Below are positions 35,924-45,594 of a stretch of DNA of 64,000 nucleotides, in pieces. Source of the DNA: Blastocatellia bacterium (lineage in GTDB: Bacteria > Acidobacteriota > Blastocatellia > UBA7656). Where the stretch lies: contig DASUNP010000004.1 in assembly GCA_036277095.1 (NCBI GenBank), positions 115,300-179,299 on the forward strand. The letters run 5' to 3'. Made by a program: the position numbers and the translations under genes. Every line of letters starts with the position of its first letter. Within the stretch, counting starts at the first letter, position 1. The notes below the pieces were generated by a model. It searched no databases and had not been told where the DNA came from. It saw only the letters and a program-made list of their open reading frames with translations.

Positions 35924-36557
35924 GGCGCAACCGCGCGGCAATCTGATCGTCGTGTCAGCCCCTTCGGGTGCGGGGAAATCCTCGCTCGTCGGAGAGGCGT
36001 TAAAGCGGGTGGACGGCTTGAAGTACTCGATCTCGTACACGACAAGAAAAACTCGCGGCGCAGAGCGCGATGGAGTAGAGTATTATTTTGTCAGCAAAGA
36101 GGAATTCCTTGACATGCGCGACCGCGGCGAGTTTTTAGAATCAGCCGAAGTTCACGGCTTCCTCTACGGAACGCAGAGGACGACCGTCGAGCGAATTCTC
36201 GGCGAGGGCTCGGACGTGGTTCTCGATCTCGACGTGCAGGGCGCGCGACAAATCTTACAACAGATGCCCGAAGCGGTGACGGTCTTCGTTCTTCCGCCGT
36301 CGCGAGAGATCCTGGAATCCCGATTACGCATGAGGAATCTGAATGATCCCGAGGATCTTGAGATAAGATTGAAAAATGCGTCTCGCGAGGTCTTGTCATA
36401 TTCAAGCTTCAAATACGTTATCGTGAACGACGATTTGGAGCGCGCGACCCGCGAGCTTGAGGCGGTGATAATTGCGGAGCGCCACCTGCTCGGCCGCCAG
36501 CGACAGCTCGTCAAACCGATTATAGACTCTTTTGGAGGTGAGGGTTTTTATGCCTGA
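35913..36557 (+). CDS. gmk: guanylate kinase
   Basis: P-loop SAPSGAGKSS, SYTTRKTRGAE-DGVEYYFVS and Gmk body. Overlaps the yicC stop by 11 nt. Confidence 0.9.
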   Translation: MSNEAQPRGNLIVVSAPSGAGKSSLVGEALKRVDGLKYSISYTTRKTRGAERDGVEYYFVSKEEFLDMRDRGEFLESAEVHGFLYGTQRTTVERILGEGSDVVLDLDVQGARQILQQMPEAVTVFVLPPSREILESRLRMRNLNDPEDLEIRLKNASREVLSYSSFKYVIVNDDLERATRELEAVIIAERHLLGRQRQLVKPIIDSFGGEGFYA

Positions 36558-36771
36558 AAATAAAAATGATTCGGATTGGACTAATGAAATCGATAGCAAG
36601 TATCGCCTCGTGCTGCTGGCGGCGAAGCGAAGCAAGCAGTTGCAGAAAGGGGCGAAGCCTCGATTGCAGTCTACCGCAAAGAAGCCGACGCGCATCGCGC
36701 TCGAAGAGGTCCAGCACGGGCTTATTCAATATCAACAGATCGTAAAACCGGTGCCGGCGGAAGAAGAATAA
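36550..36771 (+). CDS. rpoZ: DNA-directed RNA polymerase subunit omega
   Basis: 73-aa protein with the omega core YRLVLLAAKRSKQL. Classic gmk-rpoZ-coaBC order. The ATG overlaps the gmk 3' end. Confidence 0.8.
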   Translation: MPENKNDSDWTNEIDSKYRLVLLAAKRSKQLQKGAKPRLQSTAKKPTRIALEEVQHGLIQYQQIVKPVPAEEE

Positions 36772-36781
36772 GCAGACCGAC

Positions 36782-37993
36782 ATGAAGATTGCGCTGGGTG
36801 TAACAGGTTGCATAGCCGCTTACAAGGCCGTCGAGGTGTTGCGCGGGCTCCAGAAGCGCGACGTAACGGTCCAGGTCGTTATGACCCGGCACGCGGCCGA
36901 GTTCGTAGGCCCGCTCACATTTCAATCTATCTCGGGTCTACCGGTCATCACAGAGATGTTCGCGCCTACGGACGACCCTGAGATAAAACATATCCAGATC
37001 GCCCAGTCGATAGATTTGTTGCTCGTCGCTCCGGCGACCGCCAACACGCTCGCGAAATTCGCAAACGGCATAGCGGACGATTTCCTCTCAACCCTTTACA
37101 TCTCTACGACAGCGCCGGTGCTCGTCGCGCCCGCGATGAACGTAGAGATGTGGGCGCACCCGGCGACGGTCGCGAACGTCGAGCGCCTCAAGTCGCGCGG
37201 CGTGCATTTCGTCGACCCGGGCGAAGGGTACCTGGCCTGCCGCACTGTCGGGGCGGGCAGACTTGCCGAGCCGGCTGAGATTGTCGAGCGCGCCTGGCAG
37301 ATCATCAACCGCGCCCCGGTCGCGACCGGCGATCTCACGGGTGAGCGGGTCCTTATCACGGCGGGCCCGACTTACGAGGCATTAGACCCCGTTCGCGGGT
37401 TGACGAACAGATCGTCGGGCAAGATGGGCTATGCGCTGGCGGAGGCGGCCGTCGCGCGCGGCGCGCAAGTTACGCTTGTGACCGGGCCAGTCTCACTTGC
37501 CGCTCCGCCGGGCGTTCAGGTGATTCGAGTTCAAGCGGCTGCGGAAATGTACCGAGCCGTTATGGACAATCTGGAACGCTCTACCGTCATCATCATGGCC
37601 GCGGCTGTGGCCGATTATCGCCCTGCGCAGGCGGCGGAGCAGAAGATAAAGAAGAACGGCGATAAGCTGCTCTTAGAGCTTGAGCAGACCGAAGATATTC
37701 TGGCCGAAGTCGGCAGATCAAAGAGTGCGCAGGTTGTGATCGGGTTTGCTGCCGAAACCGATAACCTCCTGGACAACGCCAGGAGGAAATTGCTTTCGAA
37801 GCGCGCGGACCTTATAGTCGCCAACGACGTATCGTCGAAGGACGCGGGCTTTGATGTCGATACTAACCGTATAGCGTTAGTCTCTGAACTGGAAACGGAG
37901 GAATTGCCGCTGCTTTCTAAACGCGAGGCCGCAGACCGAATACTCGATTCAGCCCTTCACATAAAAGAGTCACGCGCTTCTGTCATTCCTTAA
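36782..37993 (+). CDS. coaBC: bifunctional phosphopantothenoylcysteine decarboxylase / phosphopantothenate--cysteine ligase
   Basis: N-terminal flavoprotein GVTGCIAAYKA. C-terminal CoaB ligase domain (AADYRP, KIKK). Confidence 0.9.
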   Translation: MKIALGVTGCIAAYKAVEVLRGLQKRDVTVQVVMTRHAAEFVGPLTFQSISGLPVITEMFAPTDDPEIKHIQIAQSIDLLLVAPATANTLAKFANGIADDFLSTLYISTTAPVLVAPAMNVEMWAHPATVANVERLKSRGVHFVDPGEGYLACRTVGAGRLAEPAEIVERAWQIINRAPVATGDLTGERVLITAGPTYEALDPVRGLTNRSSGKMGYALAEAAVARGAQVTLVTGPVSLAAPPGVQVIRVQAAAEMYRAVMDNLERSTVIIMAAAVADYRPAQAAEQKIKKNGDKLLLELEQTEDILAEVGRSKSAQVVIGFAAETDNLLDNARRKLLSKRADLIVANDVSSKDAGFDVDTNRIALVSELETEELPLLSKREAADRILDSALHIKESRASVIP

Positions 37994-38774
37994 GATTTTG
38001 AGCACAGGCCGTAGAAGAGTCCGGTCGCCAGATTGTGGCGGAATAGCTACCGGCAGGCGGCAGTGGTGTGGCGTTTTTTACCCAAGTTTCATGCGCTCCC
38101 TGAGCGCTGCGTCAGAGCTTGACTTGCGCGCCCTGAACTCTTCAACCCACGCCTGGGTCCTTAGAACAAGCTCAGAGGTTGAAGGCTGTTCAGCCTCTTT
38201 GCTCGTCTTGTCAACCTGCTGACCCCTTTTGACCAATCTAACCGTCATTGTCTTAAACCTCGTCAAAAAATCTAACGCAATATTCTTGGCAAATAAGATG
38301 CCAAAGAGTTCTTTCTATGATTGTGCCCAATTCAAAGGTCAGTCTCAGCATTTTTTCGGCGACGGTGAGAGAAAATCATACGAGAAGGAAGATCGATGTA
38401 CGCAAACGGAATCCTCCTGGGCCTGTTCAACTTGATTCTCTGAAGGTCGAGGGATACCATAGAAAAAGGAATCCGTTGCAGGGTGCAGGCGAATTCGTAA
38501 CGGCTAGACGAGAGGCGCCATGAATGTGCAAAGCGCTTTTCGTTGAAAAGCGGCAACACCCCGAGCCCGTAGCCGCATCCAACAGACGACGGAGAGCCGT
38601 CGAGGCGCGATGCGCTTTCTAGTCCTTCTGAAAAGCATCCAGCGCTCAGGCAAGCTCCAATTGTCAGTCTTGAGATCTCTTTCGATGTGCCGCGATATGG
38701 GTGCCCCCGTAATTCGCCAGGCCCGTTTGAATAGGCCATCTAATACTTTGTGAAGGTACGTAGGCTTTAACGCG

Positions 38775-39656
38775 ATGACCGGCTGGCAAGGATTTTTAGA
38801 GTTCATCACACAGCTTCGATTGACCGACCTGGTCGACTTTCTCATCGTCTGGGCGATCATTTACGGCCTGCTGAAGCTCGTGCGCGGCACGCGGGCCGTG
38901 CAGATGGCGATCGGGCTGCTGGGCGTTGGACTCCTCTACCAGATTTCGGTCTACTTCGGGCTGGAGACTCTCCAGTTCGTGATGCGCAACACGCTCGTCT
39001 ACTTCGGATTTGCCATCTTAGTCATCTTTGCGCCTGAGATAAGGTCGGCCTTGATGAGGGTCGGCTCGAACCTGCGCCGCCCCTTGCGCTTCGGGCGCAC
39101 AAAGCTCGGCGAGGAGGTCTACGACGATATTGTGCTAGCCGCGATGACGCTCGCTTCGCGGCGCATCGGCGGGCTGATAGTCATCGAGCGGACAGTCGGG
39201 CTGCAAAATTACATCGATACGGGCGTGACTATGGGCGCGGCGCTCTCTTACGACCTGCTCGTCACGGTATTCGACCCGCACACGCCGCTGCACGACGGGG
39301 CGGTCATCATACGCAATTACAAGATCGCCGCCGCCAGTTGCTTTCTGCCGCTCACGTTGAACCCGCGATTGTCGAAAGAACTGGGCACGCGTCACAGGGC
39401 CGCGATCGGCGTGACAGAAGACACGGACGCGGTGGCCGTCGTTGTAAGCGAAGAGACAGGAGTCATCTCTTTTGTAGTCAATGGCGAGATCACGCGTTAC
39501 CTGAACAGCTCAAGGCTGCGAGATCTGATTAAGGAAGCACTCCAGCCGCCGCGCTTGAGCGAAGTCGTGCGCGCGGCAAGGCGGCGCACGCGCAAGGCTG
39601 TGGCTCACAGCGACACGACCGCGAGGGAGCGAGTGAGCGAAACCTATATCAAGTGA
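38775..39656 (+). CDS. cdaA: diadenylate cyclase CdaA (DisA_N/DAC domain)
   Basis: Three N-terminal TM helices. DAC domain with DGA (HDGAVII) and RHRAA motifs. Confidence 0.85.
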   Translation: MTGWQGFLEFITQLRLTDLVDFLIVWAIIYGLLKLVRGTRAVQMAIGLLGVGLLYQISVYFGLETLQFVMRNTLVYFGFAILVIFAPEIRSALMRVGSNLRRPLRFGRTKLGEEVYDDIVLAAMTLASRRIGGLIVIERTVGLQNYIDTGVTMGAALSYDLLVTVFDPHTPLHDGAVIIRNYKIAAASCFLPLTLNPRLSKELGTRHRAAIGVTEDTDAVAVVVSEETGVISFVVNGEITRYLNSSRLRDLIKEALQPPRLSEVVRAARRRTRKAVAHSDTTARERVSETYIK

Positions 39657-39666
39657 TGACCTGATT

Positions 39667-40620
39667 ATGGACCGATTGCTCTACTATCTGGCCGTGTTAA
39701 AGGATTACGCCAGGGATTACTTCCTGGAGAACACCGGGCTGAAGTTCCTCGCGCTCTTGATAACGGCTGTCCTGTGGCTATCGGTCGCGTCCAGGCCCAT
39801 GAGCCAGTTGATGCTCAGAGACGTGCCTATCGAATTCCCCAACATCCCTGATGGCCTCGCTATAACCATCTCGAAGGATGATCCCCTGACGGGGCGCGTC
39901 TATTTGAGCGGCCCGCGCGATCTGTTGGACACGCTGAGGACGGGCGATCTGGTCGTGTACGCTGACTTACAAGGCGTGGAGCCGGGTGTGCGCGTCATCC
40001 CGCTCAAGATGGACGAGAGCCGCCTGCCCGGAAGCGTTAAGATGCAGCGGATCGACCCGCAAAGCGTCCGTGTTAAAGTCGAGCCGCTTGTCGAAAAAGA
40101 GGTCCGCGTCGCTCCTCGCTTCGAGGGCCGGCCCCCCGAGGGCTTCGAAATCCTGGGAACGACCATCACGCCTTTGACCGTGCGCATAGCGGGAGTCGCA
40201 AGCGCCGTCAATGAGATCACAGAGATTTCTACGGAAACCGTCAGCCTTTCGGACAAGACAGAGCCTTTCAGCCGCACGGTCAAGCTCGACCTCGATTCGC
40301 CGAACGTCAATCTGAGCAACAAGCGCGACGTTATGTTGACGGTCGTCATAGGCGAGGTGCAAAAGGACCGCATCATAGACCGCGTGCCGGTGACCGTTGT
40401 GGGCGCTCCGCACCAACTTCAGCCCTTCCCTCGCTTCGTGAGAGTATCTCTGAGAGGCGGCCGGTCGGTCATTGACTCGATAACCCCCGCAGATATCGCA
40501 GTCAGAGTCGAATATCAGGCGGGCACAGTCGACTACACCCCGGTCGTAACGCTCTCCCCTGCCTTTGCGGAACGCATCACAGTCCAATCAGTCGAGCCAA
40601 AAACCATCCGGTTGCGATAG
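39667..40620 (+). CDS. cdaR: CdaR/YbbR-like regulator of diadenylate cyclase
   Basis: N-terminal TM anchor followed by repeated YbbR-like beta domains. Immediately downstream of cdaA, as in the cdaA-cdaR-glmM operon. Confidence 0.75.
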   Translation: MDRLLYYLAVLKDYARDYFLENTGLKFLALLITAVLWLSVASRPMSQLMLRDVPIEFPNIPDGLAITISKDDPLTGRVYLSGPRDLLDTLRTGDLVVYADLQGVEPGVRVIPLKMDESRLPGSVKMQRIDPQSVRVKVEPLVEKEVRVAPRFEGRPPEGFEILGTTITPLTVRIAGVASAVNEITEISTETVSLSDKTEPFSRTVKLDLDSPNVNLSNKRDVMLTVVIGEVQKDRIIDRVPVTVVGAPHQLQPFPRFVRVSLRGGRSVIDSITPADIAVRVEYQAGTVDYTPVVTLSPAFAERITVQSVEPKTIRLR

Positions 40621-40649
40621 AATGGATTCTCAAGCGGGGATAAATCTCA

Positions 40650-42017
40650 ATGTCGAACAAAGAGTCGAAGAAATTTTTCGGGACGGACGGAGTGAGGGGC
40701 GTTGCGGGCGAGTTCCCGCTTGATCGGCGTACGGTGAGCTTGATCGGCAAATCGCTGACCGCGAACCTGACGCGCGCTTCAGGCTCAAAGCCGAGAATCA
40801 TCATAGGCCGCGACACGCGCGAGTCAGGCCCGCAGATCGAGCAATGGCTTGCCGAAGGCGCGTCGGCTGCAGGCGCAGAAGTCGAGTCGGCGGGCGTCAT
40901 CACGACGCCGGGAGTAGCATTCATAACAAGAAAAGCCGGGTTCGATGCCGGCGTAGTCATCTCTGCATCGCACAACCCTTATCGCGATAACGGGATTAAG
41001 ATATTCTCACCTTCGGGAAAAAAATTAGATGACAGGACTGAGATCAGCATAGAAAAAGATCTGCAAGCCTGGATAGACGAAGAGTCTGTCGCGTTGAATC
41101 AAGGCCGCGTCCCTGCGGATGAGCATGCGGAGTATAAAGAGGATTACATAGGTTACCTTGCAAACGAAGTGGGAAACGGTCTGCGCCTCGATGGCTTGAA
41201 TGTGGCTATCGATTGTGCGAACGGCGCGGCTTCGGCCATCGCGCCGGAAGTATTCAGGAGGCTTGGGACAGCCGTCACTCTCCTTTCTGCCAGCCCCGAC
41301 GGGCGGAACATAAACGAGCAGTGCGGGTCGCTGCACATGGAGAACCTTCAAGAGGCCGTGCTGGCTCAAAAGCTCGATCTCGGCATCGCTTTTGACGGAG
41401 ATGCCGACCGCGCTCTGTTCGTAGACGGGAGCGGGGCGTTGATCGACGGCGATCACGTACTGCTCATTCTGGCAGAGCATATGAAAAGCAAAGGCGCTCT
41501 TGCGAAACAGACTGTGGTCGCGACTGTGATGAGCAACATAGGGCTGGAAATAGCGCTGCAGGAGCGCGCCATAGAGCTTGTGCGCGCGCAGGTCGGCGAC
41601 CGTTACGTTCTTGAAGAGTTGCTGGCGCGCGGCGCTAGCGTCGGGGGAGAACAGTCAGGCCACATCATCTTTCCTTCGATCTCTCTGGCCGGCGACGGAA
41701 TTATCACCGCAATCGAACTCTTGCGCGCCGTCCGGGAGTCGCGACAGACATTGACTGCGCTCGCATCAAAACTAACAAAGTTTCCCCAGGTGTTAATAAA
41801 CGTTCGGGTGGCGAGCAAGCCCCCGCTCGAAACGCTCCCCGAGGTGCAGAGTGAAGTCGATCGTATAGAAGAAGCGCTCAAGGGGCGCGGGCGATTGCTC
41901 GTCCGGTATTCCGGGACAGAGAACCTTGCCCGAGTGATGATTGAAGGCGAGGACCAGGCTAAGATTGAAGAGCAAGCGCGCGGGCTTGCCGGACTCATTC
42001 AGCGAGTGATCGGCTGA
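40650..42017 (+). CDS. glmM: phosphoglucosamine mutase
   Basis: FGTDGVRG N-terminus, active-site serine loop SASHNPYRDNGIK, length 455 aa. Confidence 0.9.
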   Translation: MSNKESKKFFGTDGVRGVAGEFPLDRRTVSLIGKSLTANLTRASGSKPRIIIGRDTRESGPQIEQWLAEGASAAGAEVESAGVITTPGVAFITRKAGFDAGVVISASHNPYRDNGIKIFSPSGKKLDDRTEISIEKDLQAWIDEESVALNQGRVPADEHAEYKEDYIGYLANEVGNGLRLDGLNVAIDCANGAASAIAPEVFRRLGTAVTLLSASPDGRNINEQCGSLHMENLQEAVLAQKLDLGIAFDGDADRALFVDGSGALIDGDHVLLILAEHMKSKGALAKQTVVATVMSNIGLEIALQERAIELVRAQVGDRYVLEELLARGASVGGEQSGHIIFPSISLAGDGIITAIELLRAVRESRQTLTALASKLTKFPQVLINVRVASKPPLETLPEVQSEVDRIEEALKGRGRLLVRYSGTENLARVMIEGEDQAKIEEQARGLAGLIQRVIG

Positions 42018-42097
42018 CGGTGCTGGCTTGACCCGGCGGCGCGGCTGAAATAAGCTACTTGCGTATAGCTCCAGACAGTTTCTTCCGGAGGTTCCTT

Positions 42098-42814
42098 ATG
42101 AAAAAAGGCGCATGTGCGATTATTCTGACTCTCCTAATATTGCTCGCGTCCGCCGTGACTGCGCTGCCGCAGGCTGCGCGCGAAGCGACGATTGACACTG
42201 AGACTAAAGCGCGGATAGTGCTTCAAACTCAGCTCAACTCTAAACTGAGCGAGCCGGGCGATACGCTCACGGCTGTTCTGTATGAGCCGATCTTTGTGAA
42301 TGGTCAACTGGTCTTGCCTCGCGGCACGGAGTTTCATGGCCGAGTCACGGAAGCCGTTCCCGCCGGGCGCGGCCAGAAGAACGGCAAGCTCTCGATCATT
42401 TTCGAGCGCGTGCTTATGCCCTGGGGCGAAGAGCCTGTCGCCGTCGCTATCACTTCTCTCGATGATTGGGACAACAACGAGAAGATGAAGGCCGACGAGG
42501 AGGGCAAAGTCAGCGGCAAGCGCAGCGGAAAACGGACAGCAGAGAACACAAGGACTGGCGGTGAGATCGGTACGGCCGCCGGCATTGGGACCATCCTGGT
42601 CGGCGGGAGCCACACAGCCGGGGGCATAGGCATTCTCGGCGGGCTGGCCGGAGGGCTCTTGCTGACGAAGGGCGGCGAGGTCCGCGTCAATCCCGGCGCA
42701 ATCTTTAGAATCAAGTTCGTCAAACCCCTGACACTGCCTATAATCCAGCAGGCGGGTGCGTCGCCTCGGCCCATACAACAAGAGCCGCCGCCCGAGCCTG
42801 TCAAGAAACCTTGA
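42098..42814 (+). CDS. secreted Gly-zipper domain protein
   Basis: Signal peptide MKKGACAIILTLLILLASAVTA. The module LSEPGDTLTAVLYEPIFVNGQLVLPRGTEFHGRVTEAVPA is followed by a glycine zipper, GEIGTAAGIGTILVGGSHTAGGIGILGGLAGGLLL. Paralogous to the N-terminal region of the protein at 56823-58841. Confidence 0.6.
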   Translation: MKKGACAIILTLLILLASAVTALPQAAREATIDTETKARIVLQTQLNSKLSEPGDTLTAVLYEPIFVNGQLVLPRGTEFHGRVTEAVPAGRGQKNGKLSIIFERVLMPWGEEPVAVAITSLDDWDNNEKMKADEEGKVSGKRSGKRTAENTRTGGEIGTAAGIGTILVGGSHTAGGIGILGGLAGGLLLTKGGEVRVNPGAIFRIKFVKPLTLPIIQQAGASPRPIQQEPPPEPVKKP

Positions 42815-42879
42815 CGGGGCCAATTTTGATCGGCCTCCGTTGAATTTGACATAATGAGGTTTCGGGCTGGAGGATTCTT

Positions 42880-43275
42880 ATGAGAATTATTACCCGCCTT
42901 CTAGCTCTTTGCTGCGCCGTGATGGCCGCAAATTGTCTACTCGCCCTCACTGGCGCTGCTCAGGATCAGCCTAACCCTAACTTAAGTCCTCCCCCGACTC
43001 CCGTGGTGCTAACCTGTGAGCTTAAGCGAAGTCAGGCGGGCGTCTACACTCTGCACCTCACCGGCCATAACCTTATCGAAGGAGCAGCGGTTACTATCGA
43101 TGAGGTCGCGCCGAAAAAGGTAAAGTTCAAGGGCGCGGCGCCTGGTGACGGGGGGCTCATGAGGTTGGTTGCGAAAGGACGGATCTGCGATTCGTTGCCG
43201 GGCATAGTGGTGGTGAGCAATCCTGATGGCCGGTCGGGGATACCGTTTAATTGTAATCAAAGGTGCAGGGGTTGA
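42880..43275 (+). CDS. small secreted hypothetical protein (131 aa, Cys-containing)
   Basis: Signal peptide MRIITRLLALCCAVMAANCLLALTGAAQ. Pro-rich linker. Four further Cys residues in the mature part. Confidence 0.45.
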   Translation: MRIITRLLALCCAVMAANCLLALTGAAQDQPNPNLSPPPTPVVLTCELKRSQAGVYTLHLTGHNLIEGAAVTIDEVAPKKVKFKGAAPGDGGLMRLVAKGRICDSLPGIVVVSNPDGRSGIPFNCNQRCRG

Positions 43276-43279
43276 GAAT

Positions 43280-44041
43280 ATGTGGGAGCGGACGAAACGG
43301 CTGATTAATTCTTATCTCGATGACCTGATCGAGCGGACGAGCGGGCCGGACCGCGACATACGCCAGATCACGCGCGCCGAGATCGCACGGCTCAACGAGC
43401 TTGAGGTACAGGCTCGCGCTTCGATCAAGATGCTTGAGAAGGAATTGGCCGAAGTTGAATTAAAGATGATAGCGCTCTCCGAGCGCCAGCGAATTGCCGC
43501 CGAGCGCGGTGACGCCGCAGCGGCAAGCTCGGCATCGAGCGAGCTCGTCTCGCTTTCATCGCACCGCGATTTTCTTAAACAACAGATAACCGAGGCGAAC
43601 TCGTCCGCCGCGCGCGCGCAGGCGCTCAGGGAACAGCGCCGCGCTATGGGAAACGAACTGGCGAACGAAACCTATCTGACCTCGATGCGAGAAAACATAG
43701 CCGGGCTTCAGTCTCCGTTTGACAAGAACGACCCGTCGGCAACGATAGACGAAATGCGCGCCCGGCTATCAAAGTATTCTGAACCGACAGTCGATTCGCG
43801 CGTGGCCGAAGCCGACCGCGAGCTTGAGGCTCAGCGAGCGCACTCGCAGGTCGATGAAATGCTCGCCCGCTACAAGCAATCTGTGAACGATCCTCCCGCT
43901 GCGTCGCGGGAGGCTGTCTCCCCGCCAGCGCAAACGCAGCCCGCAGCTTCCGCGCCGTCGAACGCTACGCCCGAAGACCAAGAGCCTGAACAGCCGAAAT
44001 CGCTCGGGCGCAACGAAGGCCCTGTGCGCCCGATTGATTGA
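43280..44041 (+). CDS. PspA/IM30 (phage-shock protein A / Vipp1) family protein
   Basis: MWERTKRLINSYLDDLIERTSGPDRDIRQITRAEIARLNELEVQAR parallels the PspA N-terminus (..[35 protein letters not shown]). Long coiled coil. Start trimmed to MWERTK. Confidence 0.65.
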   Translation: MWERTKRLINSYLDDLIERTSGPDRDIRQITRAEIARLNELEVQARASIKMLEKELAEVELKMIALSERQRIAAERGDAAAASSASSELVSLSSHRDFLKQQITEANSSAARAQALREQRRAMGNELANETYLTSMRENIAGLQSPFDKNDPSATIDEMRARLSKYSEPTVDSRVAEADRELEAQRAHSQVDEMLARYKQSVNDPPAASREAVSPPAQTQPAASAPSNATPEDQEPEQPKSLGRNEGPVRPID

Positions 44042-44058
44042 ATCACAAATTGATTGAA

Positions 44059-45573
44059 TCACAATCGGCTCTCTTCAAGTTCTTGAGTCACTGTTCGAAC
44101 CGCGAGCGGCAAACGGCATCGAAAAACCGTGCCTGTGTTGTCACTCTTTTCGACCGCGACATCCCCTCCGTGAGCTACGAGAATCTTCTGAACGATTGCA
44201 AGCCCAATCCCGTACCCCCGCGATTTCGTCGTGAAGAACGGTATGAAGATTCTATGCAAGTCGGTCGATGAAATGCCTCCGCCCGTGTCGCTGATGCGGA
44301 TGTTTGCATAGCGCCGGTCAGGCCCCGCGTCAATCGAGCCTGTGATCGAAATGAGCCGGCGCTCCGACTCGTTATCGATGGCTTCCGCCGCGTTGCGGAC
44401 AAGGTTGGAAATGGCGCTCCTTAGCAATGTCTCGTCGCCCGGAAGGTCAGGGAAGTCGCCTTCGACCTTCAGCTCGATCTGTTTCAGTTTGAGCTGTGGA
44501 TTTATCTCCTTAGCGCAATCATCGATGATCGAACGCAGGCTGATCTTCGAGAGGCTGAGCGTCTGCGGGCGCGCGAAATTCAAAAAGTCCGTCACCAACC
44601 GGGCCAGCATCCTTACTTCGTTGAGTGTTGCGTCGAGCGTCTGCCGCTTCTTGTCCTCCAAGGCTGAAGAGTCGCTCTGCGCGTCGAGCAACTGGACATA
44701 TCCGTGAATGGTCGCCAGGGAGTTCTTAAACTCGTGAGCAAGCCCCGCTGCCATCTCGCCCAGATTGGCAAGGCTCTCTTGAAGTTTCATTCGCTCGCGA
44801 AGCTCAATCACTTCGGTCAAATCAGTCATCATGCAGAGCGCGCCTTCGACGGCCCTGTCCGTGTCCGTGATGGGAGAGATGCTCAGGCCAAGATGACGCA
44901 CGCGGCCGTCTGCGAGCGTGACGTCGACCTCCTCGCGGCGAAAGGACTTGCCCGACGAAAGGCACTCAGAGAGAAGGTCGATCAATCGCGGCGCGGAGCC
45001 GAAGAAGTGCCGATAATCGACCTCAAATGCTTGCAACCCGTCTTCCGCGTCAAAGGTCTGTTGTTCGCCCGCGCGAGCATCCAGCCCGGAGAGAATTCTT
45101 CCGGCATGTGGGTTAGCAGTCGTGACGCGCCCCCTGGAATCGATGGCAACCAGCCCGCTCGGAATGTTGGCGATCAAGCGCTCGCTGAATCGCTCGCTTC
45201 TTTCGGCTCGCCTGCGCTCAAGCGCATGAAGCTCGGCAAGCTCCCTCTCTTTGGCTTGAAGCTGCTCGACCAGGGCTTGAAAAGTTTCGACCACAAACTC
45301 GCTTTCGCTCTTCGCCGACAGCGCGTGGACGGGGCTGCCGCGCGCCGCCTCAACCATGCGGCGGTAAGGCCGTAGCAGCCACCTGACGAAGAGGAATGTG
45401 AGGCCGAGGCCGAAAATGAGAGCGACTACGAGGAAGCTGAAAACGTATGAGGCAGCGGGCGACGAAGCGCGCTCGACAGGGCGCGCGATCAGCACGACCC
45501 CAAGCCCTATCGTTATGAGCAGGACTCCGATCAACAGGGCTATGAAGAGACGGGCTCTGCTTTCGACCCTCAT
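44059..45573 (-). CDS. sensor histidine kinase (two TM segments, PAS-like, HisKA, HATPase_c)
   Basis: H-box LGEMAAGLAHEFKNSLATIHGY. N/G boxes LVRNAAEAI...DTGGGI...GYGIGLAIVQKIL. Confidence 0.85.
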   Translation of the reverse strand: MRVESRARLFIALLIGVLLITIGLGVVLIARPVERASSPAASYVFSFLVVALIFGLGLTFLFVRWLLRPYRRMVEAARGSPVHALSAKSESEFVVETFQALVEQLQAKERELAELHALERRRAERSERFSERLIANIPSGLVAIDSRGRVTTANPHAGRILSGLDARAGEQQTFDAEDGLQAFEVDYRHFFGSAPRLIDLLSECLSSGKSFRREEVDVTLADGRVRHLGLSISPITDTDRAVEGALCMMTDLTEVIELRERMKLQESLANLGEMAAGLAHEFKNSLATIHGYVQLLDAQSDSSALEDKKRQTLDATLNEVRMLARLVTDFLNFARPQTLSLSKISLRSIIDDCAKEINPQLKLKQIELKVEGDFPDLPGDETLLRSAISNLVRNAAEAIDNESERRLISITGSIDAGPDRRYANIRISDTGGGISSTDLHRIFIPFFTTKSRGYGIGLAIVQKILVAHGGDVAVEKSDNTGTVFRCRLPLAVRTVTQELEESRL

Positions 45574-45594
45574 ACGTCTTCAACTCTGCACGGA

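Noticed and set aside
34994-36040. 348-aa ORF on the minus strand
   Set aside because: It lies entirely antisense to the well-supported msbA 3' end and to yicC and gmk. Its composition is Arg/Leu/Pro-rich, typical of shadow frames in GC-rich DNA, and it has no motif.
37994-38774. tmRNA, RNase P RNA, SRP RNA or a tRNA in the long gap upstream of cdaA
   Set aside because: I searched by eye for the tmRNA tRNA-like 3' end (GGTTCRAATCC), a tag-peptide ORF ending in ..AA-stop, the RNase P P4 consensus (AGGAAAGTCCGGGCTCC) and the SRP GGAAGGAAGCAGC motif on both strands. None were found. An unclassified ncRNA remains possible; see findings.
39900-40587. Minus-strand ORFs of 158 and 206 aa inside the cdaR region
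   Set aside because: They are antisense to the CdaR/YbbR-domain gene, which sits in a conserved operon context. No RBS and no motifs.
42134-42852. Minus-strand ORFs of 229 and 172 aa
   Set aside because: They are antisense to the signal-peptide/Gly-zipper gene. Gly-rich coding on one strand gives Pro/Ala-rich open frames on the other.
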